A program made the position numbers and the translations under genes. A DNA stretch of 64,000 nucleotides from assembly GCA_945861665.1 (NCBI GenBank), contig CAMAVS010000002.1, positions 143,527-207,526 on the forward strand. The letters are read 5' to 3'. This stretch comes from Chitinophaga pinensis (lineage in GTDB: Bacteria > Bacteroidota > Bacteroidia > UBA4408). The notes below the pieces were generated by a model. It was not told the origin of the DNA and made no database searches. It saw only the letters and a list, made by a program, of their open reading frames with translations. This document shows, one piece after another, positions 9,309 through 18,670 of this stretch (within the stretch, counting starts at the first letter, position 1; the number at the start of each line of letters is the position of its first letter).

Positions 9309-9786
9309 CTCATTCTTTGCAAATGCTCAAGCACCTAGTTTTCAGTGGGCAAAAATTATTGGGGACACATTGTGGGATTTAGGTTATTCTATTGCGCTTG
9401 ACGCATCGGGAAACATTTACACAACCGGCTATTTAAACAATACAACCGATTTCGATCCCAATGCAGGTGTTTTTAATCTCTCTCCGCTTGGCCAGACAGA
9501 TGCTTTTGTTCAAAAACTAAGTCCGTTGCCAGCAAGTATATCAGAAAACAGAAACACAAATCGCAGCCTTATTTACCCCAACCCATCCAATGGGCTTTAT
9601 ACAATTGAGCTTAGCGTAAAATCAGAGATTACTATCTGTAATGTCTTGGGCGAAGTGATTTTAAATCAATTTATGCAAGCCGGCAAACAAGCGCTTAACT
9701 TGCAGCAACAGGCCAATGGCATTTACTTTGTCAGGCTTGTTAGTGAAGGAAAGCAAGAGTGCTTTAAATTGGTAAAAGAGGAATAA
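9295..9786 (+). CDS. N-terminally truncated SBBP-repeat / T9SS C-terminal-domain protein (remnant or minimal cargo)
   Basis: The open frame begins immediately after a stop at 9292-9294 with ...FLFSSFFANAQAPSFQWAK, which is the tail of a signal peptide without its Met. It is followed by one SBBP beta-propeller repeat (DASGNIYTTGYLNNTTDFDPNAGVFNLSPLGQTDAFVQKL) and a Por secretion tail (LIYPNPSNGLYTIEL...GIYFVRLVSEGK). The first in-frame start is a TTG at 9370. Confidence 0.5.
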   Translation, partial: VFLFSSFFANAQAPSFQWAKIIGDTLWDLGYSIALDASGNIYTTGYLNNTTDFDPNAGVFNLSPLGQTDAFVQKLSPLPASISENRNTNRSLIYPNPSNGLYTIELSVKSEITICNVLGEVILNQFMQAGKQALNLQQQANGIYFVRLVSEGKQECFKLVKEE

Positions 9787-9878
9787 AATCCACCTGCCAC
9801 AAACAATCGACCACCGAATTTATACTAAAAATGTAATTTTTTAGTTGTTTCTTTGTATATAATCACTATAACTAAGAA

Positions 9879-12308
9879 TTGAATAAGATAAAAGGACTTT
9901 TTTTAATTGTTTGTTTTTGTAGTTTTTACATAAGCTATGCCCAGCCCATCAACGATAATTGTGGCTCGGCAACTCAATTATGTCCCAACCAACCTGTAGC
10001 GGCAACAAATATTGCAGCAACAACCCAGTGCGGAGGAAGTGCTGATGGGGATTGTTTGCAAGGCGGTACTTGGGGCCAGTGTTACGATGTACACAATTCT
10101 GTTTGGTTTAAATTTACTACTAACAATGTTGGCGGAGGTGTTACGGTTACCATTTCAGGCATAGCTCCTGCAGCGGTACAATTACAAGGGGTCTTGTTGT
10201 CGGTTGCCATTCCCTGCGATGCAACAACCTATACAGGGCTTAATTGCAATGCCGGGGCATTCAATAATTTTGTATTAAACAGCGGAGCCCTATTGCTCAA
10301 CACAACCTATTGGGTACAAATTGATGGGGTAACAGCTGGCGATCAAGCAAATTTTAATATTGTGGTAGCAGGCCCTGCTGTAGATGTTACCGCAACCCTT
10401 GTAGTGGTAGATGATTTGTGCGGAAACGGCACGGGAAGTATTACCGTAAATAACGTTACAGGTGGACAAGCGCCTCTAAGCTATTCCATAAACGGCCAAC
10501 CTTTTCAAGGTTCAAATGTATTTAACGGTTTACCTGCAGGCAATTATACCGTTACCATCAAAGATGCAAACGGCTGTACGTATCAGCAACCGCTTGTTGT
10601 TATTGCAGGCTCTAACGGCCCTGTAAGCATTACTTTCATTACCGTTGATGCTACTTGTAACAACAATAACGGAAGCATAACCGTAACCAGTGTAAATGGT
10701 GGAGTTCCTGCATATACCTACTCATTGAATGGCTCGCCTCCACAAGGCTCAAACACGTTTAATGGTTTGGGTGGCGGAGCGTATTTAATTACAATAACTG
10801 ATGCGAATGGTTGTACCTATAGCGTGTATGTGAATGTGCCAATTACCGGAGGAATACAGTCGGCAGAGCCGGTTGTAGTAAATGCCGATTGTGGCGTAAA
10901 CAACGGCAGTATAACCATAATTAACATTGTGGGTGGCGCAGCACCCTATACCTATTCCCTAAATGGCGGAGCCGCCCAGGGCTTACCAACATTTAACGGA
11001 TTAGCTCCCGGAACCTATACCATAACTATTGTTGATGCAAACAATTGCCCATTTACGGTTTATAACATTGTTGTAGGAACAAACCCCGGCCCAACAGCCT
11101 TTGTAGGGAACACTGTAAATGCAGTGTGCGGAAACTCCGCAGGTTCCATTACTATTATTAACGAAGTAGGTGGAATTGCTCCTTATACCTATTCGCTTAA
11201 TGGTGGCGCTTACCAAGGAGGAAACTTTTTTGGCGGACTTCCCACAGGAACCTACACCATTACTATTAAAGATGCAAACGGTTGCACCTATGCACAACAA
11301 ATAACGGTGCCCGAAACAAAAGGTGTAACGAGTGCAGGAACAACTATAGCTAATCCCAATTGTTCAGCTACCGATGGAAGCATAACTGTATCAAGCATAA
11401 CAGGGGGGGTGCCTCCTTATACTTATTCGTTAAACGGTGGCGCAGCCCAGGGCTCAAATCAGTTTTCGGGATTAGCTCAAGGTGTTTATACAATAATTAT
11501 TACCGATGCCAATGGCTGTCAATACACAATCACAAACATTATTTTAACAGAAAATAATCAAATAACCGACATTAATATTGCTATAACCGATGTTCTTTGT
11601 GGTGTAAGTTTTGGTGCCATATTAGTAAACGGTGTTGTGGGCGGAATAGCTCCTTATTCCTATTCTATCAATGGCGGACCGGGTCTTCCAGGCCCAAATT
11701 TTACAGGATTATTAACGGGACCAGCAAGCATTACCGTTACCGATGCAAACGGTTGTACATTTACAAAAACAATTGATATTCCTAATAATGGAATCAGTGG
11801 TTGTGATGCCGGTCCCGATGTAACAATAACAAGAGGAGAAAGCACCACACTAAATGGAACAACAGGTGGCAATCCTGCGGCCTGGACTCCACCAACGGCT
11901 TTAAGTGACGCTGCTTCAGCAACAACATCTGCGGCACCTGCAGCAACTATAACCTATACACTAACCACTACAACTGCCGAAGGCTGCACATGCACAGACG
12001 ATGTAACAGTTATAGTTACTCCACTAATAAAAATACCGAATACCTTTACCCCGAATGGTGATGGGATAAACGATGTCTGGGAAATTGTTTACATTGAGTT
12101 TTATGATGATTGCGAAATATTTGTTTATAACCGTTGGGGCGAAAGGGTGTTTAAACAAAAGGGATACGAAGACGGAAATGAGTGGAATGGAACAAACAGT
12201 GGCCTGGCGCTGCCCGCCGCAACATATTATTATGTTATTCGACTAAACGTACCTAAAGACAGTGATGTACAAGATCTTTATGAAGGATCGATTACGATAG
12301 CAAAATGA
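9879..12308 (+). CDS. SprB-repeat cell-surface adhesin with a gliding-motility-associated C-terminal domain (CHU_C, T9SS type-B cargo)
   Basis: Signal peptide. At least seven tandem repeats of the form C(G/N)xxxGSITVxxVxGGxAPYTYSLNG...GLxxGxYTxTIxDANGC (SprB repeat). The C-terminus IPNTFTPNGDGINDVW...YNRWGERVF is the CHU_C / type-B sorting domain. Confidence 0.8.
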   Translation: MNKIKGLFLIVCFCSFYISYAQPINDNCGSATQLCPNQPVAATNIAATTQCGGSADGDCLQGGTWGQCYDVHNSVWFKFTTNNVGGGVTVTISGIAPAAVQLQGVLLSVAIPCDATTYTGLNCNAGAFNNFVLNSGALLLNTTYWVQIDGVTAGDQANFNIVVAGPAVDVTATLVVVDDLCGNGTGSITVNNVTGGQAPLSYSINGQPFQGSNVFNGLPAGNYTVTIKDANGCTYQQPLVVIAGSNGPVSITFITVDATCNNNNGSITVTSVNGGVPAYTYSLNGSPPQGSNTFNGLGGGAYLITITDANGCTYSVYVNVPITGGIQSAEPVVVNADCGVNNGSITIINIVGGAAPYTYSLNGGAAQGLPTFNGLAPGTYTITIVDANNCPFTVYNIVVGTNPGPTAFVGNTVNAVCGNSAGSITIINEVGGIAPYTYSLNGGAYQGGNFFGGLPTGTYTITIKDANGCTYAQQITVPETKGVTSAGTTIANPNCSATDGSITVSSITGGVPPYTYSLNGGAAQGSNQFSGLAQGVYTIIITDANGCQYTITNIILTENNQITDINIAITDVLCGVSFGAILVNGVVGGIAPYSYSINGGPGLPGPNFTGLLTGPASITVTDANGCTFTKTIDIPNNGISGCDAGPDVTITRGESTTLNGTTGGNPAAWTPPTALSDAASATTSAAPAATITYTLTTTTAEGCTCTDDVTVIVTPLIKIPNTFTPNGDGINDVWEIVYIEFYDDCEIFVYNRWGERVFKQKGYEDGNEWNGTNSGLALPAATYYYVIRLNVPKDSDVQDLYEGSITIAK

Positions 12309-13252
12309 GAAAAGGGGCGCTGGTCATTTTCTGTTTTTTTTCGAGCTTCAACTGCTACCCCCAACAATTAGCCCAGTATACCCAATATATGTTTAACCAA
12401 TATGGCCTAAACCCTGCTGTTGGTGGAAGCAAAAGCTGCCCTGAAGCCAAAATGGGCTATAGGACACAGTGGCTTGGCTTTGATGACGCACCCATAACAG
12501 AGTTTTTCAGTATAAACGGGGTGTTGCCGAATAAAAGAAGGCTTAACTCAAGAGACAAACACGCCATTGGGCTGTATATAGAGGGAGACCAAACAGGCCC
12601 AACAAGCAGAACAGGAATATATGTATCGTATTCATACCATAAGCCCATCACAAGAAATTTATATGGCTCTGTAGGCTTGTTTGCGGGTGCTATGCAATAC
12701 GCTTTTAATGCCAATCAAACTTTGGTAGCAATCCCCGACCCAGTTGTTGCTTCAAGCAGGGCTGCTTGGCTTTACCCCGACCTTAACCCCGGGGTTTTCA
12801 TTTATGGCGAAAGGCTATATGCGGGGCTTTCAGTAAAAAATGTGGTAGGAAACAGCCTTACAAAAATATACGGCAAGCAAAACCATTTAACGCGCCACTT
12901 TTATTTATCGGCAGGCTATAAATTATCTACATCGAGTAGAGATTATTCACACATACCGTCTTTCAATTTAAAGTTTTCTCCATACGGAACACCTTCATTG
13001 GACTTAAATTATATGGTTGATTATCGCAACAGAATCGCTTTCGGGCTTTCTTATCGCCATTTTGATGCCGCTTGCGCATTGGTTAGGATAGGTATCAGTA
13101 AGTTCATTTCGTTGGGCTATTCTTTCGACTATACGCTTTCAAAAATTCGCTACGCAAGCTCTAACTCTCACGAAATTATTATTGCGGTTAGGATATGTAA
13201 AAATGGGGACTCTGACGGAAATAAACATACAGAATGTCCCGCTTATCAATAA
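12305..13252 (+). CDS. T9SS outer-membrane protein of the PorP/SprF family
   Basis: N-terminus ...QQLAQYTQYMFNQYGLNPAVGG is the PorP/SprF signature. It sits immediately downstream of a type-B cargo gene, the canonical sprB-sprF arrangement, with an ATGA start/stop overlap. Confidence 0.8.
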   Translation: MRKGALVIFCFFSSFNCYPQQLAQYTQYMFNQYGLNPAVGGSKSCPEAKMGYRTQWLGFDDAPITEFFSINGVLPNKRRLNSRDKHAIGLYIEGDQTGPTSRTGIYVSYSYHKPITRNLYGSVGLFAGAMQYAFNANQTLVAIPDPVVASSRAAWLYPDLNPGVFIYGERLYAGLSVKNVVGNSLTKIYGKQNHLTRHFYLSAGYKLSTSSRDYSHIPSFNLKFSPYGTPSLDLNYMVDYRNRIAFGLSYRHFDAACALVRIGISKFISLGYSFDYTLSKIRYASSNSHEIIIAVRICKNGDSDGNKHTECPAYQ

Positions 13253-13290
13253 AACCCACTTTTTCTTTTTTGTTTTACGAAGCAAAAAAG

Positions 13291-14223
13291 ATGAGCACTC
13301 CACTGAAGTGGATATTTTCACTTATCTGTATCGCTTACATCATTTATAAAATAGCCTATTCACAACAAGGCCTTTCCGAATGGCTTGTTCTGGGCTCTCA
13401 AAAAACAATCGGACTTTTTTTAGTAGCAGCCCTAATGCCCTTGAATTGGCTACTGGAAGGGCTTAAATGGAAAACCTTGTTGGCGAAGCAAGAACAAGTG
13501 CCACTAAAAGAGGCAACCAAAAGTGTATTAATTGGTGTTGCGTCAGGAATTTTTACTCCAAACAGGGTGGGGGAGTTTGCGGGCAAAATTATTTCCTTAA
13601 AAAATACGGCTCCGATTATCGGAATAAAATTAAACCTATTGGCGGGAGCGGCTCAACTATTGGCAACGCTTTTTTTTGGTACAGTAGCGCTTTTTTTCAT
13701 TCAGGAAATAGCGATAAACAAATCCATATTAATTTTATTTTCTATCTTGTTAATTGCCGTTGCCGCCTATGTTTATACCAATAATAAAGGCTTGTTTAAC
13801 TTCATTAACAAAATTTCAGGTAACAAAATCGGGTCTTCCGAAAATGAATTACCCGAACAACGAATACTCCTTTTAATTTTGTTATTGTCCTTCATAAGGT
13901 ATGCTGTTTTTTGCACACAGTTTGTTCTGCTGCTTTATTTTTCAGGAATACAGCTATCCTTAATTTTATTGGCAGGATTGGTTTCAATCACCTTTTTAAT
14001 AAGCACCATTATACCCACCTTCGCACTCTCTGAAATTGCTGTTCGCGGAAGTGTTGCCGTTTTTATTATTGGCGCTTTTTCAAATCAAGAAACAATTATT
14101 TTGTTCGCATCGTTTCTTCTTTGGATTATTAATATTGCCCTTCCAGCCTTATTAGGTTGTTATTGTTTTGTTCGACTCAAGCAGTTAGGGAACACCTCAT
14201 CGAAACAAGATGGTGCTATTTGA
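13291..14223 (+). CDS. Flippase-like membrane protein (lysylphosphatidylglycerol-synthase TM domain / UPF0104 family)
   Basis: Polytopic membrane protein of about 310 aa with the LPG-synthase-TM-like pattern. It is typically paired with a GT2. The ATG at 13291 is preferred; the ORF extends to 13234. Confidence 0.55.
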   Translation: MSTPLKWIFSLICIAYIIYKIAYSQQGLSEWLVLGSQKTIGLFLVAALMPLNWLLEGLKWKTLLAKQEQVPLKEATKSVLIGVASGIFTPNRVGEFAGKIISLKNTAPIIGIKLNLLAGAAQLLATLFFGTVALFFIQEIAINKSILILFSILLIAVAAYVYTNNKGLFNFINKISGNKIGSSENELPEQRILLLILLLSFIRYAVFCTQFVLLLYFSGIQLSLILLAGLVSITFLISTIIPTFALSEIAVRGSVAVFIIGAFSNQETIILFASFLLWIINIALPALLGCYCFVRLKQLGNTSSKQDGAI

Positions 14224-15355
14224 TGCTTTTTTTATAATTTCAATCAGCCTTCTTTTTGTATATGCATTTGTTTTTTTATGGTTCGCATACGGCTGGACTA
14301 AACTTCGTTCATCAACAATATCAAGCAGTTTAAACACATCTGTTTCGGTTGTTGTGGCTGTTCGTGACGAAGAAAAAAACATCGAAAAACTTCTGGACTG
14401 TTTATTAAAACAAGATTACCCAACCAATCTTTTGGAAATAATAATTGTTGACGACTCATCAACAGACAGAACCATTGAAACAATAAAAAATTTCCAAGAA
14501 AAAAACAGGGCAACAAACATTGTGTTGGTGTTATTAGAAAACATTTCACCCAACCCTTCTCCTAAAAAACGAGCTATTGCAGAGGGCATAAAAAGGAGCA
14601 AAGGGAAATTAATAATTACTACAGATGGAGATTGTGAAATGGGCAACAAATGGATTTCTTCAGTGGCGTCTTGTTATGAAAAAACTAGCAGTAAAATGAT
14701 TGTTTCTCCGGTATTACTTTCATCAACAAAGCGTTTTTTTGAGCAGGCCCAGTCGCTTGAATTTATTTCCTTAATAGGCTCTTCGGGGGCATCCTTATAT
14801 TACAAAAAACCGCTTATGTGCAATGGAGCAAACATAGCGTATGAAAGGAATTTGTTTTTTGAAACAGGGGGTTTTGATAATAACATAAATAGTGCTTCAG
14901 GTGACGATATATTTATGATGCTTTCAATACAAAAAATGTATTCGGGGCAAATTGTTTTCAATAAATCGGAGCAAGCGATTGTAACAACGGCAGCTTGTAA
15001 TAACCTTTCAACTTTTATTGCTCAGCGAAAAAGGTGGGCATCTAAATCCTTACAATATAAAAATGGCTACATTTATTTAATAAGCGCATTAGTCTACGCG
15101 ATTAATATTTCTATAACAATAAGTGTGGCAATTTCAATTTTTTACAATAGATTTGCGCCTACGTTTTTGTTTTTATTTTTTAGCAAAAGCCTAATCGACT
15201 TTATTTTTTTAATAACTGTGTCAACCTTTTTTAACAAAAAGAAATTATTGATATTTTTGTTGCCTATGCAGCTCATATACACTTTATATATTTCTGTTGC
15301 CGGCCTGTTTGCGCTTTCAAATAGCTATTATTGGAAAGGCAGGCCGTTGAAATAA
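14210..15355 (+). CDS. Family 2 glycosyltransferase (membrane-anchored)
   Basis: VSVVVAVRDEEKNIEKLL...IIVDDSSTD...TDGD are the GT2 DxD-type motifs, with flanking TM helices. Confidence 0.8.
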   Translation: MVLFDAFFIISISLLFVYAFVFLWFAYGWTKLRSSTISSSLNTSVSVVVAVRDEEKNIEKLLDCLLKQDYPTNLLEIIIVDDSSTDRTIETIKNFQEKNRATNIVLVLLENISPNPSPKKRAIAEGIKRSKGKLIITTDGDCEMGNKWISSVASCYEKTSSKMIVSPVLLSSTKRFFEQAQSLEFISLIGSSGASLYYKKPLMCNGANIAYERNLFFETGGFDNNINSASGDDIFMMLSIQKMYSGQIVFNKSEQAIVTTAACNNLSTFIAQRKRWASKSLQYKNGYIYLISALVYAINISITISVAISIFYNRFAPTFLFLFFSKSLIDFIFLITVSTFFNKKKLLIFLLPMQLIYTLYISVAGLFALSNSYYWKGRPLK

Positions 15356-15362
15356 AAAGTTT

Positions 15363-16610
15363 ATGACAGAAAACAGTAAGAAATTTTCAAGGGCACTTTC
15401 TAGCCAAACTTGGCCACGTTTTAAAAAGAACAAGTTGGCAATGGGGGGGTTGGCCGTTATTCTTATAGCGTCTTTTGTGGCTACACTAGGCTCGCTAATA
15501 CGACCCGACTCCACTCCAATGGCAAACGAAATGTCTTTGCAGTTAACGGCTAAGCCGCCAGGCTTTAAGGTGCAAATGTTGAAAATAAAAAACAACCAAC
15601 ATGTAGAACGCCAAAATGTTTTTGCAAAAATGTTTTTTGGTGGAGAGGACAATGAATACAAAAACACCCCTATTCGAGGGTACCGATTTTCGGGCGAGAA
15701 TATCATTGTACAAGAGTATGCGGGAACGACAAATACGGCGGGTGTTGAAAAAAGCTATAATGTGGCTGACGTTGCATATTCGCTTTCACTTTTTGGTACA
15801 GTGGCAAATGATGGAAAGGGAAATTTAATTTTTGATTTACAAACAAACGAAAAAATTGTTCGCCCCGTTGCTGACTTACAACAAGAAATTGTTGCAAACA
15901 ATATAATAACAAAAAAATTCTTATTGGGAACAGACCGCTTCGGAAGAGACATGCTGAGTAGACTAATGGCAGGGTCTTTAATATCAATGTCTGTAGGCTT
16001 TATTTCTGTTTTTATTTCCATTATTATTGGGGTGTTGTTTGGGGCTTTGGCCGGGTATTTTAGAGGCCGGGTTGACGACATTGTTATTTGGTTGATAAAT
16101 GTGGTTTGGTCAATACCTACACTATTATTGGTAATCGCAATTACGCTTGCATTAGGAAAAGGGTTTTGGCAAATATTTATTGCTGTAGGGTTAACGATGT
16201 GGGTAGAGGTGGCGCGTGTTGTGCGCGGTCAATTTTTAAGTTTGCGAGAAAAGGAATTTGTAGAAGCGGGCAAGGCGCTCGGCTTTTCGAATCTTAGAAT
16301 TATTTTCAAACACATACTACCCAATGTAATGGGGCCGGTAATTGTAATTTCGGCATCCAACTTTGCAAATGCCATACTCATTGAAGCGGGATTAAGTTTT
16401 CTGGGTATAGGGTCACAACCACCAATGTCGTCTTGGGGGTCGATGATTAAAGATCATTACGGGTACATTATCGTAGATGCCGCCTATTTAGCAATATTGC
16501 CAGGCTTGGCCATTATGGTAATGGTTTTGGCGTTTGTTTTGGTTGGGAACGGGCTTCGCGATGCGCTCGATTCGAAAGCGATTGAGGAGGACCATGTATT
16601 TGGTTATTAA
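15363..16610 (+). CDS. ABC transporter permease, peptide/nickel (DppC/OppC-like) family, with a roughly 190-aa N-terminal extension
   Basis: C-terminal permease core LGTDRFGRDMLSRL... and the EAG-loop region EAGKALGFSNLRIIFKHILPN. No cognate DppB or ATPase gene is adjacent. Confidence 0.75.
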   Translation: MTENSKKFSRALSSQTWPRFKKNKLAMGGLAVILIASFVATLGSLIRPDSTPMANEMSLQLTAKPPGFKVQMLKIKNNQHVERQNVFAKMFFGGEDNEYKNTPIRGYRFSGENIIVQEYAGTTNTAGVEKSYNVADVAYSLSLFGTVANDGKGNLIFDLQTNEKIVRPVADLQQEIVANNIITKKFLLGTDRFGRDMLSRLMAGSLISMSVGFISVFISIIIGVLFGALAGYFRGRVDDIVIWLINVVWSIPTLLLVIAITLALGKGFWQIFIAVGLTMWVEVARVVRGQFLSLREKEFVEAGKALGFSNLRIIFKHILPNVMGPVIVISASNFANAILIEAGLSFLGIGSQPPMSSWGSMIKDHYGYIIVDAAYLAILPGLAIMVMVLAFVLVGNGLRDALDSKAIEEDHVFGY

Positions 16611-16637
16611 ACTAAGCCGCTTTCAACGAAAAGTCTA

Positions 16638-17393
16638 CTAACTAAATGTTTTTTTTATTTTTTTCATAAACTCTGAAGCATATACAAAGGCGTTTATTTC
16701 AGGATTTTCCGTTTTTAGAATTTCTTCTTTTGGCCCCCTCCACCATATAGTCCCATTATAAATAAAGACAATGTTGTCGCCAATTTCAATTGCCGAATTC
16801 ATATCGTGAGTGATTATAATGGTGGTAATATTTAATTCATATGTAATTTCTTTTATCAAGTTGTCAATTAAAATAGATGTGCGCGGGTCAAGCCCCGAAT
16901 TTGGTTCATCACAAAATAAATAACGCGGCCCCATGGCGATTGCCCTTGCAATGCCAACTCGCTTTTTCATGCCTCCGCTTAGCTCCGAAGGGTGTAGTTT
17001 TCCGGCATTTGGAAGGTTTACTCGTTGCAAGCAAAATTGTGCCCGTTCACGTTTTTCTTCTGCACTCATATCAGAAAACATTGTCATAGGAAACGTTACA
17101 TTTTCTTCTGCCGTGAGTGAGTCAAACAGCGCCCCTCCTTGAAACAGCATCCCTATTTCCTTGCGAATAGCTTTTTTCTCCCTATCGTCCATAGCAATAA
17201 AGTTTCTCCCGTCATATAAGACCTCTCCTTTATTTACATTTTCTAGGCCTACCATACACTTCATGAGTGTTGTTTTCCCGGAACCGCTTTCGCCAATAAT
17301 AAGGTTTATTTTTCCTTGTTCAAAAAGAACAGAGGCAGAAGAAAGTATTGCCCTGTCGCCAAATTTTTTATTGATATTTTTAACTTCAATCAT
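16638..17393 (-). CDS. mlaF: ABC transporter ATP-binding protein, MlaF-like
   Basis: Walker A GESGSGKTT, signature LSGGMKKRVGIARA, and Walker B LFCDEPNSGLD. It is translationally coupled to the MlaE-like permease. Confidence 0.7.
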   Translation of the reverse strand: MIEVKNINKKFGDRAILSSASVLFEQGKINLIIGESGSGKTTLMKCMVGLENVNKGEVLYDGRNFIAMDDREKKAIRKEIGMLFQGGALFDSLTAEENVTFPMTMFSDMSAEEKRERAQFCLQRVNLPNAGKLHPSELSGGMKKRVGIARAIAMGPRYLFCDEPNSGLDPRTSILIDNLIKEITYELNITTIIITHDMNSAIEIGDNIVFIYNGTIWWRGPKEEILKTENPEINAFVYASEFMKKIKKTFS

Positions 17394-18130
17394 GACAATA
17401 ACAATTGGGTTAATATAACATTAAACAACAAAATAATAATACTGCTATACACAACAGCCTTGGTAGATGATCGGCCAACCTCTAATGCGCCACCGTGCGT
17501 ATTGTAACCATGATAGGCGGAGACAGAAGTAATAATAAATGCAAAAACAACCGTTTTAATGAGAGCATAGGTAATGCTGAAGGGTAAAAATTGATATTGA
17601 ATTCCGTAAATGAATTTATAAGAAGTGACCACCCCAGAAGCTACACCGGCAACATACCCCCCTAATAAGCCTAAAAACATGCTTAAAATAATTAAAAATG
17701 GATGAACAAAAATGGCAGCTATAATTTTAGGTAAAATAAGGTAGCCGGAAGAGTTTATGCCCATTATTTCCAAGGCGTCAACCTGTTCGGTAACGCGCAT
17801 GGTGCCAATTTCAGAGGCAATATTTGAGCCAACCTTTCCTGCCAATATAAGGCTTACAATGGTGGGGCAAAATTCCAACACTAAGGTGTCTCGAGCAGCA
17901 ACACCCACAGCATAAAGAGGTACCCACGGACTTGTAAAATTAAACGCGGCTTGTATGGTAAGCACCGCACCCATAAATAGGGATACAATACATACAATAC
18001 CCAAAGAGCCTAAACCAATCGAGTCAACCTCTTCGATAAACCGGGTTCTGTAAACGACAAATTTTTCGGGCTTACGAAAAACTTTGCGTAATAAAATAAA
18101 ATAGCGCCCTAAATGAAAAAACCAGTTCAT
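17390..18130 (-). CDS. mlaE: MlaE-family ABC permease (phospholipid transport, DUF140)
   Basis: About 246 aa with the MlaE-like pattern (FIEEVDSIGLGSLGIV...TEQVDALEIMGI), overlapping the ATPase gene by 4 nt. Confidence 0.7.
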   Translation of the reverse strand: MNWFFHLGRYFILLRKVFRKPEKFVVYRTRFIEEVDSIGLGSLGIVCIVSLFMGAVLTIQAAFNFTSPWVPLYAVGVAARDTLVLEFCPTIVSLILAGKVGSNIASEIGTMRVTEQVDALEIMGINSSGYLILPKIIAAIFVHPFLIILSMFLGLLGGYVAGVASGVVTSYKFIYGIQYQFLPFSITYALIKTVVFAFIITSVSAYHGYNTHGGALEVGRSSTKAVVYSSIIILLFNVILTQLLLS

Positions 18131-18158
18131 AATAATTCGGCTTAAAATTAGTTATTTT

Positions 18159-18220
18159 ATTGTTTGATAAACAATGTATTTTTTGTAGATTCGTATTGAA
18201 AATGATAAATAAACAATCAG
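18159..18220. promoter_or_regulatory. Candidate iron-regulator (Fur-like) operator region upstream of feoAB
   Basis: Palindrome ATTGTTTgataAACAAT (18159-18176) and a second ATAAACAAT copy inside ttGAAAATGATAAataaacaatc (18197-18219). The latter matches the first 11 nt of the classical Fur box GATAATGATAA in 10 of 11 positions. Confidence 0.25.
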
Positions 18221-18445
18221 GGGTAAATAAATACGGGACATCCTTTATGTGTAGTATAGCGCTACTTGTTGTGCTTGCCTTAGGGTCTTGCAGGGGGTCA
18301 CACAATAAGTCCATAACCAAAAAGAACACATCAAAGAAATGCAACACATGCCCTAGTTTTTAAGTCAAAAACACGAAACAGGGCCTTCTTCCCCTTTTTT
18401 TATTTACTTTCGTATCCCGTAAATTTAGAGAATTCTAAATAAGCA

Positions 18446-18670
18446 ATGAAAAAACCGTTGGGAGAATTACATAAAGGTCAAAAAGGAAGAGTCGACTCTT
18501 TTAATGACAAGCAACTTTCCTTAAGGTTGATGGAGATGGGTTTTTTGCCAGGAGAGGACATTCAAGTTTCACACATTGCTCCAATGGGCGACCCAATAGC
18601 CGTTAGTGTTTTTGGCTACATTATTAGCTTGCGTTTAGAAGAGGCAAACACCATAATTGTGGAATGTTAA
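18446..18670 (+). CDS. feoA: Ferrous iron transport protein A
   Basis: 74 aa, FeoA-like SH3 fold sequence (LHKGQKGRV...RLMEMGFLPGEDIQV). Confidence 0.85.
   Translation: MKKPLGELHKGQKGRVDSFNDKQLSLRLMEMGFLPGEDIQVSHIAPMGDPIAVSVFGYIISLRLEEANTIIVEC

Noticed and set aside
18160-18363. 67-aa ORF upstream of feoA with a lipobox-like LALGSC
   Set aside because: It lies entirely within the feoAB promoter region and overlaps the putative operator sites. It has no convincing start context or conservation signal and is most likely spurious.
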